A stretch of DNA of 63,370 nucleotides, the filler included, from Octopus bimaculoides (Eukaryota): NCBI RefSeq assembly GCF_001194135.2. It is 4 parts of 4 records of this genome, joined end to end, with 100 filler letters (N's around TTAATTAATTAA, not from the genome) between each part and the next. Parts side by side here need not be neighbours in the genome. Positions count along the whole stretch, not along the records: positions 1 to 28,890 come from NC_068986.1; positions 28,991 to 41,278 come from NC_068982.1; 2 more parts are not named here. The stretch is one strand, 5' to 3'. The notes under the pieces are model-generated. The model saw nothing but the letters and a program-made list of their open reading frames with translations, ran no database searches and had not been told where the DNA came from. Positions 25,446 through 39,829 of the stretch are shown here, piece by piece. Each line of letters opens with the position of its first letter. The first letter of the stretch is position 1. Position numbers and translations under genes: made by a program.

Positions 25446-27954
25446 CTATANNNNNNNNNNNNNNNNNNNNNNNNNNNNNNNNNNNNNNNNNNNNNNNNNN
25501 NNNNNNNNNNNNNNNNNNNNNNNNNNNNNNNNNNNNNNNNNNNNNNNNNNGTGTGTGTGTGTGTGTGTGTTTATGTGAACATCTAACGGTTATATTGTGT
25601 AAGATTTGTTGACTGTCTCCAGCAGCAGTTATTGATGACATGGTGTATTGCTATATTACAATCATACAAATAATGCGCTAGGCAATATTTACTTCTGGTT
25701 GAAAGATACAAAGAGTTTAACCAATCTCAATTTCATGTGAAATAAACTGTTGTTTTTTAAAATATAATCAAAGGATATTTTGTGACTGTCAATAAAACAT
25801 ACTTAAAGTTTGTGGTTTCTTCCCCCTAAAAAACTATTTCTGTGTAAGAAAGTTCCAAAGGAAAACTTAAACCACGAAGGCAAAACTGAAACCTAAATAT
25901 GATTTGAGCTTTATTTATGCGTTAAGCTGTGTTTGTGAGCTTTGTAACCAATTATAACGTTTGATAAAGTGTATCTCGATCACTTCACGATGATGGATTT
26001 TTATCCCAATGATTACTCCTGAAAGTATTAGAACTTAATAAACTGAACCATGGCTATATTCAGTTAGTTGTAAATGATATGTATATGTGCCATGTGTGTG
26101 TGTGTGTGTATACATGTATGAATAGTGACATAAACAGTGTTACTATGCTTTGCTGTGTATACAGATGGACGCAGGACCAGGTAGTATTACACAAATGGTC
26201 ACATAAAAACTAATTAGATCCCCGAAAAATATTGTAAAATGGATATTAATAGAGGATTGCTTAGCATTGTGAATAACACTACACCGGTAACCGAATATGA
26301 ATTGTTAATCATTCAACGAGTAGCTATTACTGTATACCTTTGTTCGAAACTCAAGTCTTACTGGGTTTCTCTGTTACTCTGTTTCGCGTCATTATTACAG
26401 TCGAGTTCTTCCGATTATAGTCGGACTTTCGTACAACATCGATGATTTTGTCTCATTTGTAAACATTACCATGAATATATCATTCTAAATATATTGAACA
26501 TTCTTTTGTTTCGGTTATAGATCCAAATGCGTGTATTTATGTATGCTAATGCATACATATGTGCGGGAGTGTGTACACTATCTTGTGCACTTCCAAGAAT
26601 TGCATACTTAGTAAAATATTTTCTACAAAGAGCTCTATATAGATTATTTTGCTTTTCCAAGTTTACTTCAATCAACTTGGTAAATCTAAATAAAATCACA
26701 GGTCAGTGAATAAGCACCGTAGTTTACGTCAATATTGATATTTATTCTTGACCATATTGTTCATGCAAAGAACATTTGCGAAAAACACAGAAAATGCTGT
26801 AGAAGACTAAAATACTCGTGGAAGTAATAACGAGTAAACAAAAGTATGGCATAGCCAATCGAAGCAGATTTGTGAATAGATTACATTATAAGCGAGACAT
26901 ATGGCCTGCCTTCAACTAAATGAATGGAATCAAATGTTATGGGCGAATCATCAAAAATGTAAAGTATTGATTATACTACTTGGTTATGTTGCTAAAATAG
27001 TCTTTAGATTTTCTTTTTCTCGATAGTTTTATACTCTGGAATGAAAAGTCATTTATAAAAGATTTACGATAATTATGTTCTGTTTTGTCCTTTCACAGAC
27101 CTCCAATTACAGGCTGCGTTTCTGAGAGAGTAACTTAACTCAGCACAACAAGCCATTTGTCAATTTTAGAATACTACAGTTGTTTGCATGTTACATGAAG
27201 CCATTTAATATTTAAAATTTATAGACAAAGCTGAACTATCGATGGTTACGCAGTATCCGTTAGGAAACAGTAACTTCTGACCTCTCTTATTATTACCTAC
27301 GAGCTTAAACACTCAGCTGTTAATACACTTTTAACATTTCAAAAGCCACTTATACTGACAGAATAATTGAATAAATATACGTCTATCAAGGCCACTTATC
27401 AGTTTTGTTTTTGTTTATAGACCTATCTCTGTTTAAGTAGAGTCACAGTTGGTCAAATCGCTAAAATGTTAGGCTATCTGTCGAAAGACCAGTCGATCTC
27501 ATTATATCACTAATGTCGATCAAAGAGTTATTTAACTCAATAAATAAAGGAACGACAAGTGTGAGCAAATCTCTCATATTTACTGAACATCATCATTGTA
27601 TATATAACAAATGATTTTCCAGATTTGGGGCGCAGTACAGCAGCCAGGAAAATCTGATGTTCAACCTGAAAAATGTCACTTATGATTTTGGTGGTTATTA
27701 TCGCTAGAACTGATTGGGTTTGACTTGAACCTCATATAATTGCTGAGCTGTAACAATGTATTTCATTAGAAATAAATAACAGCAAAAACTTGATATTTCA
27801 CTACAGTAAAAAAAAGATATCAACACAACTTGCCCTGAAAAAGAAATACACACACGCATATATATATTTATATGTGAGTGCGTGTGTGTGCGTTTGTGTG
27901 TGTGTGTGCGTGTGTGTGTGTTTATCGCGGGAGATTTTACCAATATTCCTCGTG

Positions 27955-28428
27955 AGTAGCCATGGGAACGAGAACGGGCCCAAGTTCTGCGAATCTGTTC
28001 GTTGGCTACCTTGAGGCCCAAATATTCACACAATTCGCTGGTACTACTCCTGATCTATACGGTCGTTATATTGATGATTGTATCGTTGCGAACTCACTCA
28101 CCCGCGAAAAGTTAGACTCCCTCCTTCCTCTTGCCCAATCTTTCCATCCTGTCCTCGAAGTCTTCTGCGCTATTTCCAACACTTCCGTTGCATTTCTCGA
28201 CATTTCTGCCAGCATACACCACTCCACTCTCACAACCTCCATCTACTATAAACACACCGATTCACACTCCTACCTTAACTTCTCCCATCCTACCTTCACC
28301 AGGCTCTCTACCCCCTGCTCCCAAATTCTCCATCTGCGCAAGCTCTGCAGTGACAACCATGACACAACTCATGGCTCACCACTTCATCCTTTGTGGATAT
28401 CCCCTCACCACTATCCACAGAGCCCTAT

Positions 28429-28466
<38 letters not shown>

Positions 28467-28640
28467 CCTGCACCCTACCTCTCTAACACCACCATCCTCA
28501 CAGGCATCCATCATGGTCCCAATCACATCACCGACACCTTTACCTGCACTTCTAACAATGTCATTTACTGCATCTCCTGCACTGACTACTGAAGAGGTTT
28601 CAGTCTCAAAGCCGAAACCGCCGACGGTAAAGTCTTTTAG
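27955..28640 (+). mobile_element. Penelope-like retroelement remnant (RT and start of GIY-YIG endonuclease, then hammerhead-bearing terminus)
   Basis: AMGTRTGPSSANLFVG..YGRYIDD..AFLDIS..IYYKHTDSHSYL and FTCTSNNVIYCISC are typical PLE RT and GIY-YIG motifs. Confidence 0.9.
28584..28634 (+). ncRNA. Type I hammerhead ribozyme motif at the Penelope terminus
   Basis: GACTA-CTGAAGA-GGTTT/cagtctca/AAGCC-GAAA-CCG/ccga/CGG-TA-AAGTC; core intact, helix I 4 bp with an A.A mismatch next to the core. Confidence 0.7.
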
Positions 28641-28890
28641 AACGATTGACGATTTCGGTCGTTTACGCTCGCTCTCAGTATGTATGTATACAATTATGTG
28701 CGTTGACTGCAGCATCAGAGCACTTTAGGTCTTATTTTTAGCATTATCGGTGTTTCTAACACCCTCTGTCATTTTTAATGACTATCATGTGTATATATAT
28801 ATATATGCAAGTAAAAATAAATACAAAAAAGGTGGGGTTTTTTGTATGATTGTGTATAGAGGAATATATTATTTTGCTTAAAAAAGTTCC

Positions 28891-28990
28891 NNNNNNNNNN
28901 NNNNNNNNNNNNNNNNNNNNNNNNNNNNNNNNNNTTAATTAATTAANNNNNNNNNNNNNNNNNNNNNNNNNNNNNNNNNNNNNNNNNNNN
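28891..28990. other. Artificial scaffold-join linker
   Basis: 44 N + TTAATTAATTAA (stops in all six frames) + 44 N. Confidence 0.97.
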
Positions 28991-29201
28991 TTCCTTCCTA
29001 CGATCCCTTTTGATCGACCCCCCTTTTTTTTTCTTTTTTTTTCTTCCTCCTCCCAAAAAGAAAAGCTCTACATTGTATTTGTCCCATCTTCGTTGAGCCC
29101 TGTGTGACTAATAAAAGAAATGTATCTATCTATCTATCTATGTATCTATCCATCTATCTATCTTTCTATCTATTTATTTATTTATCTATCTATCTATCTA
29201 C

Positions 29202-29258
<57 letters not shown>

Positions 29259-29645
29259 AGCAATATTCATTATTCAAAGTATTTAATATTTTCATTCCGA
29301 AGAGTCGTTTATACTAATTTCATAAATGATAGTAATATTTAAACGTTAATTATAGATACAAAGTAATTAATGAAGTCAACATAATATTTGTTGTTATTTT
29401 GTTGTTTTCGTTGCCCACTGCTAACCCAGACAGAACAAAATTATCAAAGGTGTTCCACTTTTGACCACACGCTTCTGTCTGTAGAAATACAACAGCAATA
29501 TCCAATGTGTCCTTTTTTTTTTCATACAAAATAGTTTGCTATTATTTCTCGCAAGTCAAGTATCACTGCACACCTTTCATTTGGCTTGGAGGAGGTGCAA
29601 GATGTCTTCAGTGCTATTTGAATGCGATACAGTTTGAGACATTAT

Positions 29646-29875
29646 ATTGGGTTGTCCGGAAAGTTCGTGCCGATTTTTAAAGGAAAGGAAAAGGTCAATA
29701 AATACTTGCCATAACATTTTTAATCAACCAAATATGAACCATTTTGTTGCACAATGTGTCTCCATATTTCCTTTAACTTGCAAATACCCTCTTCCCAGAA
29801 TTGAGGTGATTTCATGGTAAATTAGTCGAAAGGTAAGCTACTATAAATCGGCACGAACTTTCCGGACAACCCAAT
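29646..29875 (-). mobile_element. Mariner-derived MITE
   Basis: Perfect 31-bp TIRs ATTGGGTTGTCCGGAAAGTTCGTGCCGATTT (29646-29676 / 29845-29875); internal minus-strand FWEEGICKLKEIWRHIVQQNG matches a mariner C-terminus. Confidence 0.92.
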
Positions 29876-32173
29876 CTTATTTCAAATTCATATATATGAA
29901 GTCTCTATTGTGAAAGGTATTTAATATTTTAAAACTACCGAGTAAGTCCATTACTTAAGTTCGAATATTAAAGAACGGACAGAGCTAGGAACAAGAATGT
30001 ACTCAAGACATTTTAACGTCTTGTTTTACACATTAGAGGCTGCATCACAGCGTTAGAGATGATGTGGCCAAGCTAGATCTAGAGATCTAGATTTTATGAA
30101 GACTAATTCTTTGAGCAAGTGCATTGGGTTACGCAGTGAGATATACTTGCAGGTAGCTGCATTGATAACAGTTTCAATAAAAATTGATTTGGAGTCTCTA
30201 TCAACAAGTATACTGAACAGACAGACACTTGCCGCAAATACGAACAGCTGTTGCTATCTTTGCATTCATACTAGCATGCATAAACGATTTACATTTCACT
30301 GCACTTCTAATGTTTACAACAAGTGTTCTCTTCCCAATACAGTTATTCAACTTTGATTAATGTTTTTGTAGTCAATATTATTTTAAATCTTTTTGAACAT
30401 GTAAAAGTTCTGTTTATTTTCTCTCTCCATCTGACATGTTTAAGTAAAGGTATTAATAACTAGATTTTGACGTGAGGAAAACGGTGCACCACTATTTAAA
30501 CCAACAATATATTCTTGTATTATCGTGGAAACGAATATCAACATATACATGGCTGTTGATTAAACCACGAAAAGTCATCATTTATTTTTAATGTAAAGCT
30601 ATGGATTAAGACGAAACACAGATGTTCGGAGAATATCGATTCAGCGAAGATAATTACAGATGAGATTGGTATCAATATGTGACCCAAAACAATCACAGGA
30701 TTCTTTATATATGTAGATCTACGCTTAGTTGTAAAGTTTACACGGGGTTAAGGCATCAGGCATACCGAAAATGAAAGCAAAATCGATAATGGTAAGAATG
30801 AATCAGGTAGAGGAAGTATTGTGAAACTCTATGTGAAATATCTTGATACAACACTGCTTTAGCGAAAACAATATCAGTTTTATTTCAGCTAATATGCAAC
30901 TTGATAGACGAAAGCAGATGGATTTATCGTTGATTATATTATCTATCAAAAATCTCATAGCCTGCGGGAATACAATTTCTCACTTGCGTACAGTGATACA
31001 CTTTATCTATTCCATAGCTACAATGCCACATTCCATCATTTAATAGCCAAAGAATACGAAACGTAAAAATATTTATCTATCTAAAAGCGTGCATGCGCAC
31101 AAAATACGGAATAACGTGTGAACACAAAACATGGAGAAAAAGAGTAACTATGAACATGATTCTACTTAGCCAAAAACACCCCAAATAAAGCAATCTCATG
31201 TATACATACATACACACAAACACACACACATACACACATACTCACACACACACACACATACGTAGTTATGTGTGCATGAGAGGTTGGTGTTTCTATATGT
31301 ATGGATGTATGTATGAATGCCTATGCCAATCCCCTAAAGCAGATGCACGCGAACGTATGTAAGTGTCGTGTGCGCGAGAAAATTATACGTATGATATTCA
31401 CAAGCAAATTTATAAGTAAATATGTATGTATGGATGCATGTACTTACTCGGTACACCTACCGAGAGGGGCAGGGAAGAAAAGAAAAAAAGAGAGATAAAA
31501 AGTAAGAGGGAGACAGACCGAGATAGAGATAGAAAGAGCGATAGACGGAAAGCGAAAAAACTGTAGAGAAAGACAGAGAGGAAATGGCAATAAAACCAAT
31601 AAAAAGATTAGCTTAGGCTAAGTATGAAAAATAATTGAAATTTAATCAAATGTTTCCAATAAAATACATAAAAATGATTTATACCTCATTAATCTTTCTT
31701 TACTTCTAGCTAATGTAAGAAAAAAGGAATAAAAAAAGAACGGCTATATTCGTTAATTATTTAAACGCGAATGATCTTTTTAAAGAAACATTTTGCTTTA
31801 TAGCTCTGAACGGGTAATTCCTGTATCGATATAACACAAGTTGGTGTTCAGTTCTGTCTACGAGACATATGTGTAGATATTTCCTCTTAGATCTGCTGCT
31901 GTACTTTTAATGAGACTATCGATTCCTGGTTAGAACTGCTGTTAGAATTCAATTAATCATTTTCATCATCGACGGAAGAAATTATTATTTTGTTTTCTCT
32001 TTCTGCTTTTTTTTCTTTCTTTATTTTTGTAATTTTCACTACGCATTAAGCACAAATACTATTTATAAGTACATACACGGACACACTCATAGATACACGC
32101 GCATATACATATAGACAGCCACTACTAAATATATGCCTATAATACAAATATATATAATATATATGAGTGTGTG

Positions 32174-32263
<90 letters not shown>

Positions 32264-33507
32264 TAGATAGATAGATATATAGATATATAGATATATAAAT
32301 AGATAGATATAGATAGATAGATAGAGAGAGAGAGAGAGAGGGAGAGAGAGAGAGAGCGAGAGAGATAGTGAGATAGATAGAAATGTGTGTCTGTATCAAT
32401 GAATATCTCGGGCCAGATATAATGTCTGATGGGCACTTCAGCTTCGGTAGACCCCTTATACACAGAAATTAAAATTCATGAAATATCACCAATTTTAAAT
32501 CTCAAAATCCACTTATTGTATGTAACTGAAATTAACCAGTTAGCTCATTAAGCCTGCTTCATTGTCTTGTGTAGTGATCGGATGTATTAAAAATCTTAAG
32601 CTCTGCTACAATATGATAAAATATGTTTTACATTCAACAGAACAATTCATTTGTAGATGGTAAAAATAAGTATGATCGCTTATTACTTCCAGGATTGCCA
32701 AGTGTCCTATTAGAAATGGATGAAATTGTGTAATAATTACCCCTCAAATTGTGCCTAGATCCTATAATCTCTTCAATCCCCCTATATAGCAGTCCTATTT
32801 GTGTTTTAATCGCAAATATAAAATCCTGAAATTGAGGGGGAGGTCATCGTAGGATCGAACATCTTCCATCCAAGTATTGAATGTTTTTCAGAATGTTTAC
32901 TTTATCTTAATTTTGCTTGCATCTATACTGTGTGCCCATATTTATCTGCTGTTTTTTTCCCAAGGGATTCAAAGCTGCTTTTGGACAACTAGATAGTTCC
33001 TAATTTAGAAAAGAGTAACTGCAGTTGCTAAAGTGGAGAAAATGTGGAATTTTCAAGATATTTTTAAGTAGTGGTCTTTAGGAAATAGATAGTGAAAGCC
33101 CACTTCATGCAAGTTTGCTGTGTCTCTTTGGCGTACAAAGCATATTACACTTATATTTGGGGTTAAAGGCATTTTGTCCCTTTTGCTTCTTATAAATATG
33201 GCTACGTGTATATGTATATATCTATATATATATATATATATATTTACGTCTATGTGTCTGGATAAAATGAGTGTGTGTGTGTGTGTGAGGAGCTTGCCGA
33301 GCCGTTAAATTACGTAGATGTAAACACACTAACATCGGGTGTCAAGCGATGGTGAGGAATAAACACAGACATACACACAAATATATACATACACGCACAC
33401 ACAAAGGCATGCATATGCATGCGCAATCATAAACGTTTACCCAGTTGAAGGAAGTAGTCAGTAACTGGAGAAATACATTTTATGACAATATATGTGCGTG
33501 TGTGTGT

Positions 33508-33598
<91 letters not shown>

Positions 33599-33603
33599 TG
33601 TGT

Positions 33604-33812
33604 TTAGGCGGCGAGCTAGCAGCAATGTTAGCACGCCGCCGGACGAAATGCTTAGCGCTATTTCATTCGTCTTTACGTCTGAGTTCAAATTCCGCCGAGG
33701 TCGACTTTGCCTTTCATAATTTCCGGGTCGCGAAATTAAGTTCCAGTTTCGTACTGGGGTTGATTTAATCGACTGGGCCCTCCCCACTAAATTTCGGGCC
33801 TTGTACCTAGAG
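33604..33812 (+). mobile_element. SINE family B (tRNA-like head, Nin/Deu-like core), near full length
   Basis: TAGGCGGCGAGCTAGCAG..GAGTTCAAATTCCGCCGAGGTCGACTTTGCCTTTCAT..GGCCTTGTACC; superfamily name is from recall. Confidence 0.8.
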
Positions 33813-33955
33813 CAGAAATGACTATGTATGTACGTGTGTATGTGTGTACCCGCGTCTGTACATATGCATATATGTGTACATGTGTCTGCGCGTGGTATAA
33901 CTATGTATGTATCTATCTATCTGTCTGTTTATACATATGTATATACATTTATATA

Positions 33956-33999
<44 letters not shown>

Positions 34000-35559
34000 C
34001 ACATACACACGCACGTAGATATGTGTATTATCACATACATGCGTACAACAGTATTTCCCAAATAGCTGTTGTCGAAAATGGTGAAAGCTATTTGCATTAG
34101 GGGTCGGGAGTTGCGCTGTAGCTAAATCGATAAACTGAAGCCAGTAAGTCTGGACAATTCCGCTTGGAATGATTTCCCGACCACTCATACCTACAGCTGC
34201 TACGAAGACCTATGTGAAAGAAATGGAAGTTTCCAATATTCCTTAATTCTAAGTAAGTAAATAGACACAAAAGCCAATATATCTCTTTACTTTCTAGAAC
34301 ATTCTTTCTCTCTGTCCAGCTTTAATTTTTTTACGCATTCTTTTTTTATTATCTTATTTATATATTCTATTTATTTTGTTTCCACATTCTGTAATTCTTA
34401 CTTTTTTGACTTCTTGACGTATACGTGCTTTGTATTTACTCATTACAGCTCATAGACGATTTAATAAGATGAAGCGGATACAACAACAATGCTGGACATT
34501 ATTAGATCGACGATGACATCTCGAAAAGTGCACTGGCGTTCAAACTCGCTGCGCTACTGTCATTACTGTTGATCAGTAGTCCCCTATTCAGCCCTGATGA
34601 AAAGCACTTATGATCACAGGCGTACCGTCCATGATAGACCCGTGCCTCTTTCATACGTCGTTCAATGTAACATTTGTTACTTTTTAAAGAGGATATCGTA
34701 TGTTATGAGTGAAATCTGGATGGTTACCCTTGCTGGCTGAAACAATAATATGAAGCTATCCTCAGTTACAGTCCGTGGATACGAGAGTCATGTATCCGCT
34801 TTTCATTTAATTCTTTTGTTAAATCCTTGGCACCTCGATACATGTGTCAAAATTACATTGAACGAAATCTTAGAGTCTCTATGTGGTTTTTCGTTACAAG
34901 AGAATGCAGCAAAATGCTTTTGAAATGCTGCAACGTTCTCTTGAAATACAGCAAAATGCTCTTGAAATTTCACTTTCCCATTTTTAAAACCAAAAATTAA
35001 ATAATATTAAATATATTTTCTGAATATAAGATCATATAATGGTGACGTGCAACACTTTGATTGTGGGTCTCAATTACCTGATCTACATTGGGACTGAACA
35101 ACAGTAGCAATTGACTAAAATTTTATATCTGCATATTATGTATGTGTGTAGCTATGTATGTGTGTGTGCTATTAGGAACTGTGAGAGATCCGAACACAAT
35201 TCTGAGTTTCATAGCATACTGACTATTCAAATGATTCTAAGGAAAAGTAGTTTTCTAGTGCATAAGGAAAATATTCACAACGGCGTGGAAATATGGACAA
35301 CTAGCAGTACAGAGAGATTTCATTAGCTCTTGAAATTTGAGAGAAAATTGTTTCATGTATATATTTTCTGTTGTAAAGGACAAGATATATATTTTTAACT
35401 GTTCACATGCAGCCCCATGGGTGTTGATTAAACATATCATGCAATGCTGACTGACATTTCCTGTGAATCCTGAGTATTTAGGCAATGTATCCAATGGCTC
35501 CAGTAATTACAGTCATAATCCTGAACTTGTAATCTGAATAGAGTAACTGCAGATTTCTC

Positions 35560-36170
35560 AGTAGTTCAACATAGTAATCCAGCTATCCGTCCATGATAAG
35601 CTGCTTTTAAGGTTCAAATTTTCTTCATTTGACTGTAACATTCTTTAGTGACACGTGTTTTGTTACAAGTGCCATTGTAAGATATATTTTCATCCACCGC
35701 TAGATACCTATAACATTCCTCGTCAGATGCAGGTGAAACAATCAGATCATTGATGGAGATGTTACTAGCCTGGTTTATAGTTTTCCCCATCTTCACAACC
35801 ATATAGCAACATTTATCCTGACCAAACTCCAATACTACATCCTTTGCGATTGTTGTAACTAGGTCAAAGTTCTTAAAATTTATGCGTGTAATTTTGGTAT
35901 TTCTGTTTCCTTGTTAACCAGTGAGATATACTTCAGACTTCCTTAGCATACATGACAAAGGATTTACAGAAAGTATAAACAACCTCAAAGAGGCTGTCTC
36001 CTTGGATTATGCCTTTTCGATATTGTATTCTATCAGTGATAATACAATCACACTTTGTGTCTAATTTCAAGATGGTGGCCCACGATGAAATCAGGTCAGC
36101 TATGTCCTTGACTATGCTCAGTGGAACTTTAGCAAGTCGAAGAGCTTTTAGCATCCACACGAGGGGGACA
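35560..36170 (-). mobile_element. R4/Dong-like non-LTR retrotransposon RT remnant
   Basis: RKGIIQGDSL (35933-36160) and MEFGQDKC..YRYL (35614-35832) motifs. Confidence 0.7.
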
Positions 36171-36196
36171 GAGTCAAAGGCTTTCTTGTATGTATG

Positions 36197-36227
<31 letters not shown>

Positions 36228-36438
36228 ATGACTGTGCAATGATTATTGTAGCAGAAACCGTTGTAGGTTAATGAAGCTGATTACATAACTTCCGATTTTT
36301 ATAATTTATTAATTAATATTACACACCGTAGTTACTTCACGCTTTAGTCTAAGCATAAGTACATTGAGTCATAAATAATTACTGGCATCGCTATGTCTTA
36401 GCAAAATAATATGTATAGGTGTGTGTGTGTCTATATAT

Positions 36439-36512
<74 letters not shown>

Positions 36513-37166
36513 GTGTGTGTACGTATGTATATGTATATACACAGACACAGACCCACATTTATACTCACAGAAGCAAGCACACATTGTTTATGTGTGTGTG
36601 TGTCTTTATGCTTAACTGACTTTTTCTCTGACTCCATGTAATATATGGAGCTAAGTGGATATTAGCTACTTACATCATAAACAGATACATGGCATGACTC
36701 GTATCACACATGCGAATATTATCATTGTTTTTTATTAAAATATGCTATGCCCCAGATTGTAAAAAAATATATATAAATTAACATTTTGCATTCATTCCTT
36801 TTAATTATCTTAATCGATTATTAGCAATTCCATCATATATTACATAGCGATGGGAAAATGATTCATTTATAGCGATACAGTGTTATTTCAGTCTATAATT
36901 TTTATTGAAAGAGATATAAAAAAAAGCAGCACATTGGAATTCTTCCAGGTGTTTAACGTTTGCTTGCCTCTTCCAGATTGTTTATATGGACGGTTAAACT
37001 TGAGTGAAATCCTATTGGGTATCGACAAAAATTATTTCATCAGTTTGGACTGAAAGATAGTGACGTTATGCTTAGTGCAGATGTTCATATCATTCCAAAT
37101 TGTTTCGCTTACATATACATATATATGATAATACACGCACATATATACATATACGTATACATATAC

Positions 37167-37221
<55 letters not shown>

Positions 37222-37832
37222 CACATACACATATACATATTTTTGCAGGTACGTATATACATATATACAGACACACATGGACACACACACATATGTATAT
37301 GCATCTGTATATCATATGTATCATGTGTCTCCCTTTTCAATATAGGCAGTGTCATCTTTGCTTTTCCGTTACCTGAAGGGATAGCATAATTACAAGCGAG
37401 ATAGAGAGAGCATCTATATAGTGCTTCAGTAAACATCCATTTTGACATGAACCAGTTATTAACATGCCGACGTGAATGCCATTTATCACTTAACTACTTC
37501 TCAGCTGAAAATGTAACAATTTTGTTGATAGATATCTTATCTATAGATTATCTAGTTTTATGCCTATTTAAGTAATCCTTATTCAGATAAATTCTTCATC
37601 TTGCTTTCTGATCAAATATCCCGGAGAAAAAAATATTGAGTTGGTTCCATACATAACGTCAGTTATTACAAGAAGTATTTTTCTCTGCAACGTAAAAAGA
37701 TATATTATATCAATACCTTGAAGTATTTTTATTACATCTGTCCATGTATAAGACCTCATTATTTCTAAGAGGATACTAAACACAGGTGACGAGAGCATAT
37801 ACATTGGAATTATGAACATACAAAATAATGAC

Positions 37833-37879
<47 letters not shown>

Positions 37880-39254
37880 TAATAATAATAATAACAACAA
37901 CAGCAATATTTGGGATCTGATATATTTTATGCATGTTTAGTTTTGTTATGACTGATGTTTTGTGAGTTATTTCAGCATAAAATGTTATCATTTATCAAAG
38001 AGTGTTTGATAAATAGATCGGCATCAAAATTGTGTGATGCGTAGAAAACTTGGTAGAGCAACGGACAAAGTTATTTACAGTATTTAATTACTTCATTCAA
38101 TGATTTGTTTTCAAATGCAGCTGAGTGTTATTTTTTTTTTTTCTATATTTACGGAATCAATAACGAAAAGTTCCTGTCAAGTATTGGGTCGATTTTATCA
38201 AATTTACCCCTCCACACACATATTTATAGCTTTGTACTTATGTCAGGAATTTTTAGAACATTTCATTTTATATTCTGCATCTAAATTTTGTTACATTATA
38301 ATTTTTCATTTCATAATTTGGTTGACAACAATTACAGATTAACTACTCGATTTGGCTTATTTCACTGAATCTGTATTTTAACAGAAGTAGAGTTGTGTTA
38401 ATGTTAAAGACAAAGATTGTTGTTATAGATGTACGAAACTATTTTCAGTAGGCAGAAATGTAAAATGCATAGTGCTTATGAGCATTAACGTCGAGTTATT
38501 TTCGACTGTCTAATTTCTATCTTCGAATCTTGCCGACAATGATTTTATTATATATGGAGTTGTGATATTTGAAAGACTACTGGAATCCTACATAAAAACC
38601 TTGTATTGAATAGTTAATATTGTATGTCCACTTGCTATTACGATGAACACTATTATCTTATCATTGTTGAAATATACACCTGCTGCCTATGATGTTTAGG
38701 AATGAATCGACTATAACACCTCGTAACACGACCTGAAGTGAATTTAGAAATTATCATAGAGTCAGTACAAGCGGAAAGGAAAATATCAGAACCATGGTTG
38801 AAATATGATAATGACAACTGTAACAGCCTACGTTTCAATGATAGCCGATTCAAAAATAACTATGATAGTGTATTCACTCTTAGCACTGGAAAAACCCCAG
38901 AAATTTGACGGTTTCATAATTCAACAAATGGCCGTCTTTCCTTTTGCGTTTTTAAGTGACTTGCTAGGGAAGAAAAAGAAGAATATTCAATTATATAATG
39001 ACTTTAGAAATATTACAGGGCGGATCAAGTAACCAGTTAAGGTGTCACAACACATTCTTTGAGCACATTGGCATTTTATCAAGTGATCCATTATGGATGT
39101 TTATAAGAATAACAAACGTCATATTTCTCTTCATTAATATCATATTTTCATGACGAATGGTAACATAACTAAACATTTTTAGGAAAATACATACATAGCT
39201 TAAGCCATAACACAGACACATACGCATTACACGCCTACGTTCATACATACATGC

Positions 39255-39328
<74 letters not shown>

Positions 39329-39449
39329 GCATATACCTATCTTTCACTTTCCAGTGCTTATATGTGTGTTTATGTGTGTGTGTTTGCATGTGGGTTTGTG
39401 TGTGTTTGTGAGTATATACATAATATATATATATATCCTTGAAAACATG

Positions 39450-39551
<102 letters not shown>

Positions 39552-39829
39552 ATGAATTATATACATACATATATATACGCACATATATGTATTATGCATA
39601 TATCTGTATATATACATGCATACTCACACACCTTCAAACGCACACCTGTCATCCAGTAAATCTCCGCCTTGTTCACATACACATTAAGAGCTATACTGAG
39701 TAATATATTGGCAACTACGTATATTTGACATACGTAATTTACATAACTTAGATATGTTTCGACCAAAGATTGGTCCAGATCATGTCTAACTGAATAGCAC
39801 CACGTGATAGGATTAGCTAAATCCTCTTA

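Noticed and set aside
34060-34260. Possible small plus-strand exons with GTAAGT donors
   Set aside because: In-frame stops for most acceptor choices and no recognisable peptide
34590-34620. CCCTGATGAAAAGC as a hammerhead core
   Set aside because: No helix II closure or GAAA downstream
38700-38910. ATG-less open stretch PEVNLEIII...GKTPEI
   Set aside because: No start or clear splice boundaries and no family match; length is compatible with chance
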